64,000 bases of DNA from Glaciimonas sp. (GTDB taxonomy: Bacteria; Pseudomonadota; Gammaproteobacteria; Burkholderiales; Burkholderiaceae_D), in the NCBI GenBank assembly GCA_012927625.1, contig JABBOV010000005.1:1691-65690 (forward strand), given 5' to 3'. Of this stretch, positions 43,690 to 54,048 are shown in pieces. The position numbers were made by a program, and so were the translations under genes. Numbering within the stretch: position 1 is the first letter of the stretch; each line of letters opens with the position of its first letter. The notes beneath the pieces were generated by a model. That model searched no databases, had not been told where the DNA came from, and worked only from the letters and a program-made list of their open reading frames with translations.

Positions 43690-43761
43690 CCGGGTAGAAC
43701 CCCGTCCTTCAGGACGGTACGAAGGTAGAATAACCGGTCTGAAGGCTGGGGTTTCTGCCGG
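43690..43761. other. Structured GC-rich element with internal direct repeat (function unknown)
   Basis: The closing stem is CCGGGTAGAACCCC...GGGGTTTCTGCCGG and the inner hairpin is CCGTCC-TTCA-GGACGG. Two related units are GGTAGAACCCCGTCCTTCAGG and GGTAGAATAACCGGTCTGAAGG. Confidence 0.4.
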
Positions 43762-43847
43762 TGCAATTTGGAAGTGTAAACAAACTCTTTCCAAATTTTA
43801 TTTAAAGACACTGGCATGAAGGCCTGTTCTGATGAATAGCTGGACGA

Positions 43848-44951
43848 TTACAACAACCCTGTCAAAGTATCGCGTCGTTCCGACTGCATATACTCACGCG
43901 ATTGCATCTCGATGATGCGAGAAACAGTTCGGTGAAATTCATTGGCCAAGATACCTGTCGTGTAAAGTTCTTCAGGCTCAACCTCGGCCGACATGATCAG
44001 TTTTATTTTATTGTCATAAAACACATCGATGAGCCAGGTAAAGCGTCGCGCCTCCGACGACATAGAAGCCGAAAGAGATGGAATCCCGGACAAGATGATG
44101 GTGTGAAAACGGCTGGAAATCTCCAGATAATCGTTTTGCGAGCGCGGCCCGCCGCACAAGGTGGCAAAATCAAACCATGCTACGCCGCCGGCGCGACGCA
44201 AAGCCTTGATTTCACGCGTTTCAATACGAATGCATGGGTCTTCGTCGCTGATATCGGCGATGCCAGCATAGGCATCGCGTAGCGCGCGATCAGCCGCAGC
44301 GCCCAACGGGGTATGGTAAGACGCCACCTGTTCCAGCGCGCGCTTGCGATAATCCAGGCCGGCGTCGACATTTATCACATCCATATTATTCTTGATCAAG
44401 GCGATTGTAGGCAACATCCGATCACGATGCAGGCCATCGGGATAGAGCGTATCCGGCGCGTAGTTGGATGTCATGACAAACGACACGCCATTCTCAAACA
44501 GCGCTCGCATCAGGTTATACAGAATCATGGCATCGGCGATATCGGACACATGAAACTCGTCGAAACAGATCAGTCGGTATTTTTTTGCAATGCGCCGCGC
44601 CACTTCGTCCAACGGGTTGGCCACGCTCTTGAATGCATTTAACTGGTGATGCACGTCGCGCATGAATTCATGAAAATGCACTCGTGTTTTGCGTACCACC
44701 GGCACCACCGAATAAAAGCTATCCATCAAGAACGATTTGCCGCGTCCGACACCGCCCCACATGTACAGTCCGCGCGGCATCAAAGGCCGGTTGATCAAAC
44801 GTTTGAACTTACTGGAACGCTGCGATTTGAACGCAACCCATTCGTCAAAACTCTGTTGCAGGCGCGCTACGGCGCGACGCTGGGCTTCATCCGATGTGAA
44901 ACCGCGCGCAGAAAGCGCATGCTCGTAATACTGCTGGACATTCATTCGCAT
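43848..44951 (-). CDS. zapE: Cell division protein ZapE (AFG1-like ATPase)
   Basis: GLYMWGGVGRGKSFLMD (Walker A) and RLICFDEFHVSDIADAMIL (Walker B). 367 aa, downstream of the sucAB-lpdA cluster. Confidence 0.9.
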   Translation of the reverse strand: MRMNVQQYYEHALSARGFTSDEAQRRAVARLQQSFDEWVAFKSQRSSKFKRLINRPLMPRGLYMWGGVGRGKSFLMDSFYSVVPVVRKTRVHFHEFMRDVHHQLNAFKSVANPLDEVARRIAKKYRLICFDEFHVSDIADAMILYNLMRALFENGVSFVMTSNYAPDTLYPDGLHRDRMLPTIALIKNNMDVINVDAGLDYRKRALEQVASYHTPLGAAADRALRDAYAGIADISDEDPCIRIETREIKALRRAGGVAWFDFATLCGGPRSQNDYLEISSRFHTIILSGIPSLSASMSSEARRFTWLIDVFYDNKIKLIMSAEVEPEELYTTGILANEFHRTVSRIIEMQSREYMQSERRDTLTGLL

Positions 44952-45145
44952 TCACATATTTCCAAACAAGGCCTTGGACAGAGGCATATTGTGATTTGAC
45001 AAGCCGGTCATGGGTTAGCCCACCAGCGCCAGTCGACGCGGCTTTGATATGACGGAAAAGCTGGTAATAGTTGATATTGATGCGGTGCAGCTACTGTGCC
45101 GCGTGCAATCTAAGATATTTAATATCGAGCAATATACTGCAACAC

Positions 45146-45204
45146 GTATTTTTAAAATACATAAATAATACATGCGTAAAAAGCAGTATTTTTTAATATA
45201 CTCC
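45146..45204 (+). repeat. Three-box AT-rich intergenic repeat, copy D
   Basis: GTATTTTTA-N17-ATGCGT-N19-TATACTCC. Confidence 0.8.
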
Positions 45205-45264
45205 CATTAAATTGAATATAATCAAGACGCGGAAGGAACTGAATGTCAATGCAACCCAGGGAGA

Positions 45265-45678
45265 TTACAGCGGATTCATCTCGACCGTGATACGTGCCGG
45301 ATAAGCAGCACCGCCACCCGAGTGAACTGGAAAATTCAAGCCGACCCCAAATCCGACATTGCCGCCACCGCTGCCCAAGCCGATGCCTACGCTGGAGCCG
45401 CTCGTCCCAACCCCCGCCGCCTGGTACACCACTTCTGCGGTGCGATAACCCGACTGGCTGCACAATACATGCAAGTCTCCATTGGCGCGGCCAGGATTTA
45501 CCTTGGCCGGCGTGATTATTTTCCAATTGCCGGCATTGTTTGCAACAGTACACGCAACACCGGTCAACAAACGGCCTTGCGCGGACGTCTCAATTAAAAT
45601 AGCGTCGTCACCCAAGCCGGAGGTTGCACACGCAGCGAGCGCTACAGACAGTGGCAATAACAGGTTCAGATGACGCAT
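45265..45678 (-). CDS. Small Gly-rich lipoprotein (hypothetical)
   Basis: Lipobox LSVALAACAT and a Gly-rich C-terminal half. The start lies 9 nt after the lpdA stop. Confidence 0.6.
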   Translation of the reverse strand: MRHLNLLLPLSVALAACATSGLGDDAILIETSAQGRLLTGVACTVANNAGNWKIITPAKVNPGRANGDLHVLCSQSGYRTAEVVYQAAGVGTSGSSVGIGLGSGGGNVGFGVGLNFPVHSGGGAAYPARITVEMNPL

Positions 45679-45687
45679 GACGCCTCC

Positions 45688-47115
45688 TTAAAAATTGAGT
45701 GTGCGCTTATCCACCGCCAGCGCCGCTTCTTTGGTCGCCTCTGACAGAGAGGGATGGGCATGGCAGATACGGGCAATATCTTCCGCAGAGGCGCGAAATT
45801 CCATTGCAACCACTGCTTCAGCGATCAATTCGGAAGCCATCGGGCCAATGATATGCACGCCAAGGATTTCGTCGGACTTGGCATCAGCCAGAAACTTGAC
45901 CATGCCCGCGGTTTCACCTAACGCACGTGCACGACCGTTGGCCGAAAACGGGAAAGTGCCCGCTTTATAAGCGACGCCTTCAGTCTTCAGTTGCTGCTCG
46001 GTCTTGCCGACCCAGGCAATCTCGGGTGAAGTGTAAATAACCCAGGGAATCGTATTGAAGTTAACATGACCATGTTGGCCGGCAATGCGCTCGGCAACAG
46101 CAACGCCCTCTTCTTCCGCTTTGTGTGCCAACATCGGTCCGCGCACTACGTCACCGATTGCCCAAACATTGCGCAAGTTGGTCTTGCAATCGGCATCCAC
46201 CGCAACGAAGCCGCGCTCATCAAGTTGCAAGCCGACCGACTCGGCATTCAAGCCGTTGGTGTTCGGCACCCGGCCGATCGAGATAATCAGCTTATCGAAA
46301 ACAGCCTTTTGCGCATTGCCCTTGTCATCCGTGTAGGCAACGGACACGTCCTTCTTGCTGACAATGATGACGCCAATTTTCACGCCTAGCTGGACGGTCA
46401 AGCCCTGCTTGGTAAATAGTTTGTGCGCTTCTTTGGCGATCTGTTGATCGACCGCACCGAGGAAAGTGGGCAGAGCCTCCAATACCGTAACTTCGGCACC
46501 CAAACGACGCCAGACGCTGCCCATTTCCAGGCCAATTACGCCAGCACCAATGACACCAAGTTTTTTAGGTGTTGCTTCCATTGCCAAAGCGCCGGCATTG
46601 GAAAGAATCCGATTTTCATCAAAAGCTGCTCCTGGCAACGCGCGCGCATTCGATCCGGTAGCGATAATGACGTGCTTGGCGGTCAATGTTTCTTCACTGG
46701 CGCCTGCAACCTTGATTGTGGTGCTGCTGGCATCGTTTTTGACAAAGGAGCCTTGACCGTGGAAAAACGTAACTTTGTTCTTTTTGAGCAAGTAAAGAAT
46801 GCCATCGTTATTTTGTTTGACGATGCCATCCTTACGCGCCAGCATTTGACCAACATTGAAACTCAGGCCCTTGACTTCAATGCCGTGTTCGGCAAATGTA
46901 TGTCCTGCATGTTCATAATGCTCGGACGACTGCAGTAGTGCTTTCGACGGAATGCAACCCACATTAGTGCAAGTTCCGCCGGGTGCAGGGCCACCCTTGG
47001 CATTTTTCCAGTCGTCAATGCAGGCCACCGTATAACCCAATTGCGCAGCACGGATCGCTGCAATATAGCCACCAGGGCCGCCGCCAATAACAACAACATC
47101 AAAATCTTTTGACAT
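45688..47115 (-). CDS. lpdA: Dihydrolipoyl dehydrogenase (E3)
   Basis: [13 protein letters not shown], redox-active [13 protein letters not shown] and C-terminal HAHPSLSE. Confidence 0.95.
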   Translation of the reverse strand: MSKDFDVVVIGGGPGGYIAAIRAAQLGYTVACIDDWKNAKGGPAPGGTCTNVGCIPSKALLQSSEHYEHAGHTFAEHGIEVKGLSFNVGQMLARKDGIVKQNNDGILYLLKKNKVTFFHGQGSFVKNDASSTTIKVAGASEETLTAKHVIIATGSNARALPGAAFDENRILSNAGALAMEATPKKLGVIGAGVIGLEMGSVWRRLGAEVTVLEALPTFLGAVDQQIAKEAHKLFTKQGLTVQLGVKIGVIIVSKKDVSVAYTDDKGNAQKAVFDKLIISIGRVPNTNGLNAESVGLQLDERGFVAVDADCKTNLRNVWAIGDVVRGPMLAHKAEEEGVAVAERIAGQHGHVNFNTIPWVIYTSPEIAWVGKTEQQLKTEGVAYKAGTFPFSANGRARALGETAGMVKFLADAKSDEILGVHIIGPMASELIAEAVVAMEFRASAEDIARICHAHPSLSEATKEAALAVDKRTLNF

Positions 47116-47134
47116 AATCAAATCCAATTAATGC

Positions 47135-47184
47135 AAAAAGACACATGCGCACAAAGAGGTTCTTTGCAGGCATTGTGTCTTTTC
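47135..47184 (-). terminator. Hairpin plus T-run between sucB and lpdA (attenuator/terminator candidate)
   Basis: Minus strand reads AAAAGACACAATGCCTGCAAAG..CTTTGTGCGCATGTGTCTTTTT. The outer stem is 8 bp and the inner stem 5 bp. Confidence 0.5.
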
Positions 47185-47195
47185 GCTAAGTACGA

Positions 47196-48458
47196 TTAAA
47201 TATCTAGTAACAAACGTGCAGGGTCTTCCAATGCATCTTTCATGGCAACCAGGCCCAGCACAGCCTCGCGACCATCAATGAGACGGTGATCATAAGACAT
47301 CGCCAGATAGTTCATCGGACGGATCACGATCTGGCCGTTTTCCACTACAGCGCGGTCCTTGGTTGCATGCACGCCGAGAATCGCCGCCTGTGGCGGATTA
47401 ATGATCGGGGTTGATAGCATGGAACCGAAAGTGCCGCCATTTGAAATCGAAAAAGTACCACCGGTTAAATCGTCCAGTGTCAGCTTGCCATCTTTAGCCT
47501 TCTGGCCGAACTCCCCGATTTTCCTCTCAATATCGGCAATCGACATTTGATCGACATTGCGTAAAATCGGTACCACCAGACCACGCGGTGAACCCACTGC
47601 GATACCGATGTCGAAATAGCCGTGATAAACGATATTGTTGCCATCAATCGAGGCATTGATGATCGGGTATTTTTTCAGTGCAGCTACAGCAGCCTTGACG
47701 AAGAACGACATGAAACCCAGCTTGACACCGTGTTCTTTTTCAAACTTGTCCTTGTATTTGGTGCGCAAATCCATTACCGGTTGCATATTGACTTCATTGA
47801 ATGTAGTCAGAATCGCGTTAGTTGCCTGGGATTGCAGCAAACGTTCAGCGATGCGGGCCCGCAGTCGGCTCATCGGAACTCGTTCCTCAGCACGATCGCC
47901 CAAGTTTAGTGCTATCGGTGAAGTTATTTGTTGTAAAGCAGGTTTAGCAGTCGCCGCTGCCAGCGGTGCAACACTCGCAACTACAGCTGGTTTTGCTTCC
48001 AAGGCGTTAATTACATCGCCCTTGATAACGCGACCATCTTTGCCACTGCCTGCGACTTGCGCAACAGTCATATTGTTATCGGCCAATATTTTTGCGGCTG
48101 CCGGCATCGCGATACCGGTCCCTGACGCGGACAATGGCGCGGCTGCCTGCGCCACGGTTTCTGCCGATACTGTTACCGGAGCAGCCGACACTTCAGTCGG
48201 ACTCATTTGAGCCACTGCTTCAGTATCGATGATTGCAATGATTTCACCAGCGACAACTGTGGTGCCGTCACCTTTGATAATTTGCGTAATTACCCCGGCA
48301 GCTGGTGCTGGCAATTCCAGGACGACTTTGTCGGTTTCCACATCAATCAAATTTTCATCGCGGCCAACTGTCTCGCCCTCTTTTTTGTGCCATAGCAGCA
48401 GGGTCGCTTCTGCGACAGATTCGGACAGTTGTGGAACTTTAACTTCAATAATTGCCAT
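47196..48458 (-). CDS. sucB: Dihydrolipoyllysine-residue succinyltransferase (E2o)
   Basis: Lipoyl domain ([12 protein letters not shown]), Ala-rich linkers and the catalytic C-terminus ([19 protein letters not shown]). Start set at MAIIEVKVP. Confidence 0.95.
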   Translation of the reverse strand: MAIIEVKVPQLSESVAEATLLLWHKKEGETVGRDENLIDVETDKVVLELPAPAAGVITQIIKGDGTTVVAGEIIAIIDTEAVAQMSPTEVSAAPVTVSAETVAQAAAPLSASGTGIAMPAAAKILADNNMTVAQVAGSGKDGRVIKGDVINALEAKPAVVASVAPLAAATAKPALQQITSPIALNLGDRAEERVPMSRLRARIAERLLQSQATNAILTTFNEVNMQPVMDLRTKYKDKFEKEHGVKLGFMSFFVKAAVAALKKYPIINASIDGNNIVYHGYFDIGIAVGSPRGLVVPILRNVDQMSIADIERKIGEFGQKAKDGKLTLDDLTGGTFSISNGGTFGSMLSTPIINPPQAAILGVHATKDRAVVENGQIVIRPMNYLAMSYDHRLIDGREAVLGLVAMKDALEDPARLLLDI

Positions 48459-48516
48459 GTAATTCTCCGTTTCTAGTTGTTCATGTGACGTGGCAATTCC
48501 GCCCGCCACCATCTCA

Positions 48517-51372
48517 TTATTTTGTTAGAACAAAACCTTTAAGTTTCGAAAAAGCGGTATCCAGGAGCGCTTTTTGCTGAGCATAGTGCTTGTCATAATA
48601 GCCAACTGCAGGCGCTGCACTCGCGGCACGGCCAGCGTAGGCAAGCTTCTGCCCATCTCCTAGGTTTTCAAAGATATTGTGCTCAATCTGGAACCAAGCA
48701 CCCTGATTTTGCGGCTCATCCTGAGCCCAAACCAACTCATTGAAATTCGGGAATTTTTTCAATTCATTCGCCAATGCCTTGTGCGGAAAAGGATAAAGTT
48801 GCTCGATGCGGATGATAGCCACGTCCATTTGCCCACGCTCTTTGCGCGAATTAACCAAGTCGTAATACACCTTGCCGGAGCAGGCAATAATGCGCTTGAC
48901 CTTTTTCGCATCGATGGAATTGTCCATTTCGCCAATCACGGTTTGGAACTGGCCTTTCGCTAAATCGGATAATGGCGAACCCGCGTCCTTATTGCGCAGC
49001 AAAGATTTCGGCGTCATGATAATCAGAGGTTTGCGGAACATGCGGATCATCTGACGGCGCAAAAGATGGAAAATCTGCGCGGAGGTGGTCGGTTGCACTA
49101 CTTGCATATTGTTGTCGGCACACAATTGCAGATAACGTTCAATGCGTGCTGACGAATGCTCTGCGCCTTGCCCCTCATAGCCATGCGGCAACATCATGAC
49201 CAAACCGCACGCGCGTCCCCATTTCTCTTCACCGGAACTAATGAATTGATCGATCACCACTTGCGCGCCATTGGCAAAGTCACCAAACTGTGCCTCCCAG
49301 ATGGTGAGCGTATTCGGCTCGGAAGTTGAGTAACCATATTCAAATGCAAGAACCGCTTCTTCGGAAAGAACCGAATCAATCACTGTGAACGGTGCCTGAT
49401 TCTCCGACACGTTTTCCAATGGTATATAACTTCCGGCATCCCATCGCTCACGATTCTGGTCATGCAGTACCGCATGACGATGGACGAAAGTGCCACGGCC
49501 GACATCCTGGCCTGTCAGGCGAATTGCGTAACCTGACGACACTAAGGATGCGTAAGCCAGGTGCTCGCCCATGCCCCAGTCCAGATTAATCTCGCCTCGG
49601 CCCATTGCGGCACGGTCATTCAGCACTTTCTCGACCAGAGAGTGCGCTTTGAATCCTTCCGGGGTAACCGTGATCCGCTCGGAGATGCGTTTCAGCTCGG
49701 CAAGCGGCACCGCGGTATCGGCTGCGTCGGTCCATTTGCGATTCAGGAACGGCATCCAGTCAACCGAGTACTTATTCTTGAAGTTGGTGAGAACTGGATC
49801 AACCGTAAGGTGACCAGTATCCATTGCATCACGAAATGCCAGCACCATTGCATCGCCGCCGTCAGCAGGCAACACGCCTTGCGCGATCAGTTTATCGGCA
49901 TATAACTTGCGCGTTCCTGGATGCTGGCCAATCTTCTTGTACATTAGTGGTTGTGTCAACGCCGGCGTATCTTGCTCGTTATGGCCCAATTTACGGTAAC
50001 AAACGATATCGACGACCACATCTTTTTTGAACTCAAGACGATAATCTAGTGCGATCTGAGTTGCCAGCACTACTGCCTCAGGATCATCCCCATTCACATG
50101 CAGCACCGGCGCCTCAATCATTTTGACGACATCGGAACAGTACAGCGTAGAACGTGAATCACGAGGATCAGAAGTAGTGAAGCCAATCTGATTATTGATC
50201 ACAATATGCACCGTGCCGCCCGTACCATAGCCACGAGTTTGGGCCAGATTAAGCGTTTCCATTACAACGCCCTGCCCTGCAAATGCGGCATCGCCGTGGA
50301 CTAAAATGGGCAGAACCTGCGCACCATTTTTATCGCCGCGACGCTCCATGCGCGCCTTGACCGAACCTTCAACCACTGGATTAACAATTTCAAGGTGCGA
50401 AGGATTGAAAGCAAGCGAGAGATGCACTGGACCGCCCGGCGTCGTGATGTCGGACGAGAAACCCTGGTGATACTTAACGTCGCCGGAAGGTAGTTCCTCC
50501 GCGTGCTTGCCTTCAAACTCGGCAAACAACTCTCCAGGCATCTTGCCTAGAGTATTGACCAATACGTTCAAGCGTCCGCGATGCGCCATGCCTATTACTA
50601 TTTCCTGTACGCCGCGCTCGCCAGCGCGCTGAATCGTTTCATCAATTGATGCAATGAAACTCTCGCCGCCCTCCAGTGAAAAACGTTTTTGTCCAACATA
50701 TTTGGTATGCAGATAACGCTCAAGACCTTCTGCAGCAGTCAATCGATCCAGAATATGTTTTTTCTTTTCTGCAGTGAAATTGGGGGTGGCGCGGATGGAT
50801 TCCAATTTTTGCTGTATCCAGCGCTTCTCGGAAGGATCGCTGATATACATAAACTCGGCACCGATAGAACGGCAATAGGTATCGCGCAGAGAATTGATCA
50901 GATCACGCAAGGAGGCCGTTTCAAGGCCAAAATAGGTATTGCTGATATTAAATACAATATCTTGATCAGCATCTGAAAACCCATAAAAAACAGGGTCCAA
51001 TTCCGGAATTTCCGGGCGCTCTTGTCGCTTTAAAGGATCCAGATTAGCCCACTGCGAGCCCATATAACGATAGGCAGCTATTAATTGCACTACCGCGACG
51101 CTTTTGCGACCCATGTCAACATCGTCTGAGGCGCTTACTGTTCGTATTAGGCCTTGTTTTGCACGCTCGGCAAAAGATGCAATAACAGAAGCATGTGCCA
51201 CGTCGGGCTTATTGGAGCCGTCAACCGCAGGAACGTGCTGCATTGCATCAAAATAAGTTCGCCAGTTGTCAGACACCGAGCCGGGGTTATTAAGATAAGC
51301 CTCATATAACTCTTCTACATACGGGGCGTTGCCTCCAAACAGATAGGAGTTGTCACTGAATTGCTGCATCAT
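48517..51372 (-). CDS. sucA: 2-oxoglutarate dehydrogenase E1 component
   Basis: 951 aa. [25 protein letters not shown]-terminus and the TPP region ([21 protein letters not shown]). Confidence 0.97.
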   Translation of the reverse strand: MMQQFSDNSYLFGGNAPYVEELYEAYLNNPGSVSDNWRTYFDAMQHVPAVDGSNKPDVAHASVIASFAERAKQGLIRTVSASDDVDMGRKSVAVVQLIAAYRYMGSQWANLDPLKRQERPEIPELDPVFYGFSDADQDIVFNISNTYFGLETASLRDLINSLRDTYCRSIGAEFMYISDPSEKRWIQQKLESIRATPNFTAEKKKHILDRLTAAEGLERYLHTKYVGQKRFSLEGGESFIASIDETIQRAGERGVQEIVIGMAHRGRLNVLVNTLGKMPGELFAEFEGKHAEELPSGDVKYHQGFSSDITTPGGPVHLSLAFNPSHLEIVNPVVEGSVKARMERRGDKNGAQVLPILVHGDAAFAGQGVVMETLNLAQTRGYGTGGTVHIVINNQIGFTTSDPRDSRSTLYCSDVVKMIEAPVLHVNGDDPEAVVLATQIALDYRLEFKKDVVVDIVCYRKLGHNEQDTPALTQPLMYKKIGQHPGTRKLYADKLIAQGVLPADGGDAMVLAFRDAMDTGHLTVDPVLTNFKNKYSVDWMPFLNRKWTDAADTAVPLAELKRISERITVTPEGFKAHSLVEKVLNDRAAMGRGEINLDWGMGEHLAYASLVSSGYAIRLTGQDVGRGTFVHRHAVLHDQNRERWDAGSYIPLENVSENQAPFTVIDSVLSEEAVLAFEYGYSTSEPNTLTIWEAQFGDFANGAQVVIDQFISSGEEKWGRACGLVMMLPHGYEGQGAEHSSARIERYLQLCADNNMQVVQPTTSAQIFHLLRRQMIRMFRKPLIIMTPKSLLRNKDAGSPLSDLAKGQFQTVIGEMDNSIDAKKVKRIIACSGKVYYDLVNSRKERGQMDVAIIRIEQLYPFPHKALANELKKFPNFNELVWAQDEPQNQGAWFQIEHNIFENLGDGQKLAYAGRAASAAPAVGYYDKHYAQQKALLDTAFSKLKGFVLTK

Positions 51373-51500
51373 ATATTGCTCACCTTTCTTCGCGTTTCGC
51401 GAGATTAGCGGGTTAATCTAACCTTCCGCGACACGGCCTGACCGGTTAGCGGATCGCACATCAAGTTGTGGGGAAGGGCGACATTACGTGGTGTTACACC
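51373..51500 (-). promoter_or_regulatory. Structured sucA 5' leader (candidate sucA RNA motif of Burkholderiales)
   Basis: On the minus strand, GTATAAT is followed by a leader of about 120 nt. It has nested stems CCTTCC...GGAAGG and hairpins AGATTA-ACCCGC-TAATCT and CGCG-AAA-CGCG just before the GAAAGGTGAG RBS. Confidence 0.45.
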
Positions 51501-51540
51501 TAACTTTTCAAGCATCTCATTATACTTGAACACTACAACA

Positions 51541-51570
51541 AAAAAGCGAGCCTCATTGGCTCGCTTTTTT
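51541..51570 (-). terminator. Rho-independent terminator after gltA (bidirectional shape)
   Basis: AAAAAAGCGAGCC-AATG-AGGCTCGCTTTTTT on the minus strand, 4 nt after the gltA stop. Confidence 0.8.
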
Positions 51571-51573
51571 AGT

Positions 51574-52881
51574 TCAACTTCGGCTGTTCATCGGCGGTAC
51601 ATCACGCCGTGTTGCACCGACAAATAATTGACGTGGACGGCCAATCTTTTGCTCTGGATCAGAAATCATTTCTTGCCACTGAGCAATCCAGCCAACGGTC
51701 CGGGCAAGGGCAAAGATCCCAGTAAACAAGGAAACTGGAATGCCTAGTGCGCGCTGCACGATACCAGAGTAAAAATCAACGTTCGGGTAAAGTTTGCGGG
51801 AAACAAAATATTCATCTTCCAGCGCAATTTTCTCCAGTGCCATTGCCAACTTGAATAGGCGATCATTTTGCAGCCCCAGTGCTTCCAGAACTTCGTAGCA
51901 TGTTTCACGCATCAATTTTGCGCGCGGATCATAATTTTTGTAGACGCGGTGGCCGAAGCCCATCAATTTGACATCAGAATTTTTGTCTTTGACCTTCTTG
52001 ATGAACTCGCCAATGTTATCAACACTACCGATTTCTTCGAGCATGTTCAGAGCCGCCTCATTGGCGCCGCCGTGTGCCGGACCCCACAGGCATGCGATGC
52101 CTGCAGCAATGCACGCGAATGGATTAGCGCCGGACGAACCAGCCAGACGCACTGTTGAGGTGGAAGCATTCTGTTCGTGATCCGCATGCAGAATCAGAAT
52201 ACGATCCAAAGCACGCACCAGCACTTCATTGACTTTATGATCCGCGCAGGGCGTAGCGAACATCATGTTCATGAAATTCGCGCTGTACGACAAGTCATTA
52301 CGCGGATAGACGAATGGCTGCCCAATGTTGTACTTGTATGTCATTGCCACCAAAGTTGGCAATTTTGCGATCAAACGAATTGCAGAGACTTCGCGGTGAT
52401 GCGGATCATTGATGTCCAGCGAATCATGATAGAACGACGACAGGGCACCAACCGTTCCGACTAGCACCGACATTGGATGTGCATCTCGGCGAAAACCACG
52501 GAAGAAAAATTGCATCTGCTCGTGAACCATCGTATGGTTGGTTATAAGCGATACAAATTTATCTTTCTCGGCAGCATTAGGTAGTTCACTGTTCAGTAAC
52601 AGATAGCATGTTTCAAGAAAATCACAATTTACAGCCAACTGTTCAATAGGATAGCCGCGATAGAGCAACTCACCTTTGTCACCATCGATATATGTGATAG
52701 CAGAATTGCATGCCGCCGTGGACATGAACCCTGGATCGTAAGTAAACTTCCCCGTTGATGCATATAATTTTCGAATATCGATTACGTCGGGTCCAATCGT
52801 TCCTCCGTAAATTGGCATTTCCAGCGAAGGTGTGCCATCAGAAAACGATAATGTGGCTTTACTTTTTACAGTAGTGGTCAT
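51574..52881 (-). CDS. gltA: Citrate synthase (type II, hexameric class)
   Basis: 435 aa with [36 protein letters not shown] and [15 protein letters not shown] motifs. Confidence 0.97.
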   Translation of the reverse strand: MTTTVKSKATLSFSDGTPSLEMPIYGGTIGPDVIDIRKLYASTGKFTYDPGFMSTAACNSAITYIDGDKGELLYRGYPIEQLAVNCDFLETCYLLLNSELPNAAEKDKFVSLITNHTMVHEQMQFFFRGFRRDAHPMSVLVGTVGALSSFYHDSLDINDPHHREVSAIRLIAKLPTLVAMTYKYNIGQPFVYPRNDLSYSANFMNMMFATPCADHKVNEVLVRALDRILILHADHEQNASTSTVRLAGSSGANPFACIAAGIACLWGPAHGGANEAALNMLEEIGSVDNIGEFIKKVKDKNSDVKLMGFGHRVYKNYDPRAKLMRETCYEVLEALGLQNDRLFKLAMALEKIALEDEYFVSRKLYPNVDFYSGIVQRALGIPVSLFTGIFALARTVGWIAQWQEMISDPEQKIGRPRQLFVGATRRDVPPMNSRS

Positions 52882-52940
52882 AGATATTCTTTCAATATGA
52901 GGGGTCAGTCGTTAGTCAAAAAACTAAAACGACGCGTCAA

Positions 52941-53210
52941 TCAAGCGCTGCGTATTTTTTTCAAAAGTCCATGAACATTGGGTAAATCCAGATTACAAGA
53001 TGGCTCATTGCGCCCCATTATCAGATCCATTAACGCGCTATCTGAAAGTTCCAGCAATCGGGTAAATGCATCAACCTCGTCATCTGTCAGAGTTGTCTCT
53101 TGCGCATCAAGAAAACGTGTCAAAATCAAATCATTCTCCAACAAGCCGCGCCGGGAACGCCATCGTAGGCGGGCACGTTTAGCGGGGTCGTCTTGGTGAG
53201 TGGTGGACAT
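52941..53210 (-). CDS. sdhE: Succinate dehydrogenase assembly factor 2 (SdhE/YgfY family)
   Basis: RLRWRSRRGLLENDLIL is the RGxxE motif. 89 aa, between sdhB and gltA. Start set at MSTTHQD. Confidence 0.85.
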   Translation of the reverse strand: MSTTHQDDPAKRARLRWRSRRGLLENDLILTRFLDAQETTLTDDEVDAFTRLLELSDSALMDLIMGRNEPSCNLDLPNVHGLLKKIRSA

Positions 53211-53325
53211 AAAAATACCATTCAATTTGTTGCATGAAATCACAAGCGATTTCAATCGGATAACACACTAAACGGCTAGGAGTGGCTTTGCCCCTCCAAC
53301 CGTTGTAATTGCATACCTATTTTAC

Positions 53326-54036
53326 TTACACGCCACGCCGAACCAGCATTTCCTTGATCTTCCCGATTGCCTTGTTTGGATTGAGTCCTTTTGGACAAAC
53401 ATCCACGCAGTTCATGATCGAATGGCACCGAAACAGGCGATATGGATCTTCCAGATTATCCAAACGATCCGCTGTAGCTTGGTCACGCGTGTCCGCAATG
53501 AAGCGATATGCCTGCAACAACCCAGCAGGCCCAACAAACTTGTCAGGATTCCACCAGAACGAAGGACATGCAGTGGAACAACATGCGCACAAAATGCACT
53601 CGTAAAGGCCGTCCAGCTCTTCACGTTCATCCGGCGACTGCAATCGCTCTTTTTCTGGCGGAGTGGAATCGTTAATTAAAAATGGCTTGATTGAATCGTA
53701 TTGCTTGAAAAATTGCGTCATATCAACGATCAAATCGCGGATGACCGGCAAGCCCGGCAAAGGACGCAAAACGATCGGCTCTTTCAATTCATTCAAATTG
53801 GTAGTGCAGGCCAGACCGTTTTTTCCATTGATGTTCATCGCATCGGAGCCGCACACGCCTTCACGACAGGAACGGCGCAAAGCAAGTGAATCATCTACGT
53901 CAGCTTTAATTCGAACTAGAGCATCCAACAGCATTCTGTCGGTATCTTTCAACTCAACCGTCAAAGCTTGCATGTAGGGTTTAGCATCCTTGTCTGGATC
54001 ATAGCGGTAAATCTGAAACTTGAGAGTGCGTGCCAT
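53326..54036 (-). CDS. sdhB: Succinate dehydrogenase iron-sulfur subunit
   Basis: CREGVCGSDAMNINGKNGLAC, CILCACCSTACPSFWWN and CHSIMNCVDVCPKGLNP are the three Cys clusters. Confidence 0.97.
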   Translation of the reverse strand: MARTLKFQIYRYDPDKDAKPYMQALTVELKDTDRMLLDALVRIKADVDDSLALRRSCREGVCGSDAMNINGKNGLACTTNLNELKEPIVLRPLPGLPVIRDLIVDMTQFFKQYDSIKPFLINDSTPPEKERLQSPDEREELDGLYECILCACCSTACPSFWWNPDKFVGPAGLLQAYRFIADTRDQATADRLDNLEDPYRLFRCHSIMNCVDVCPKGLNPNKAIGKIKEMLVRRGV

Positions 54037-54048
54037 ATTCTTACCTTG

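Noticed and set aside
45152-45553. 133-aa minus-strand ORF overlapping the lipoprotein gene and repeat copy D.
   Set aside because: It is an alternative frame of the lipoprotein gene with Arg/Trp/Gly-rich shadow composition. Its C-terminus is just the read-through of the AT-rich repeat.
47635-48210. 191-aa plus-strand ORF.
   Set aside because: Antisense to sucB, whose lipoyl and catalytic motifs are unambiguous.
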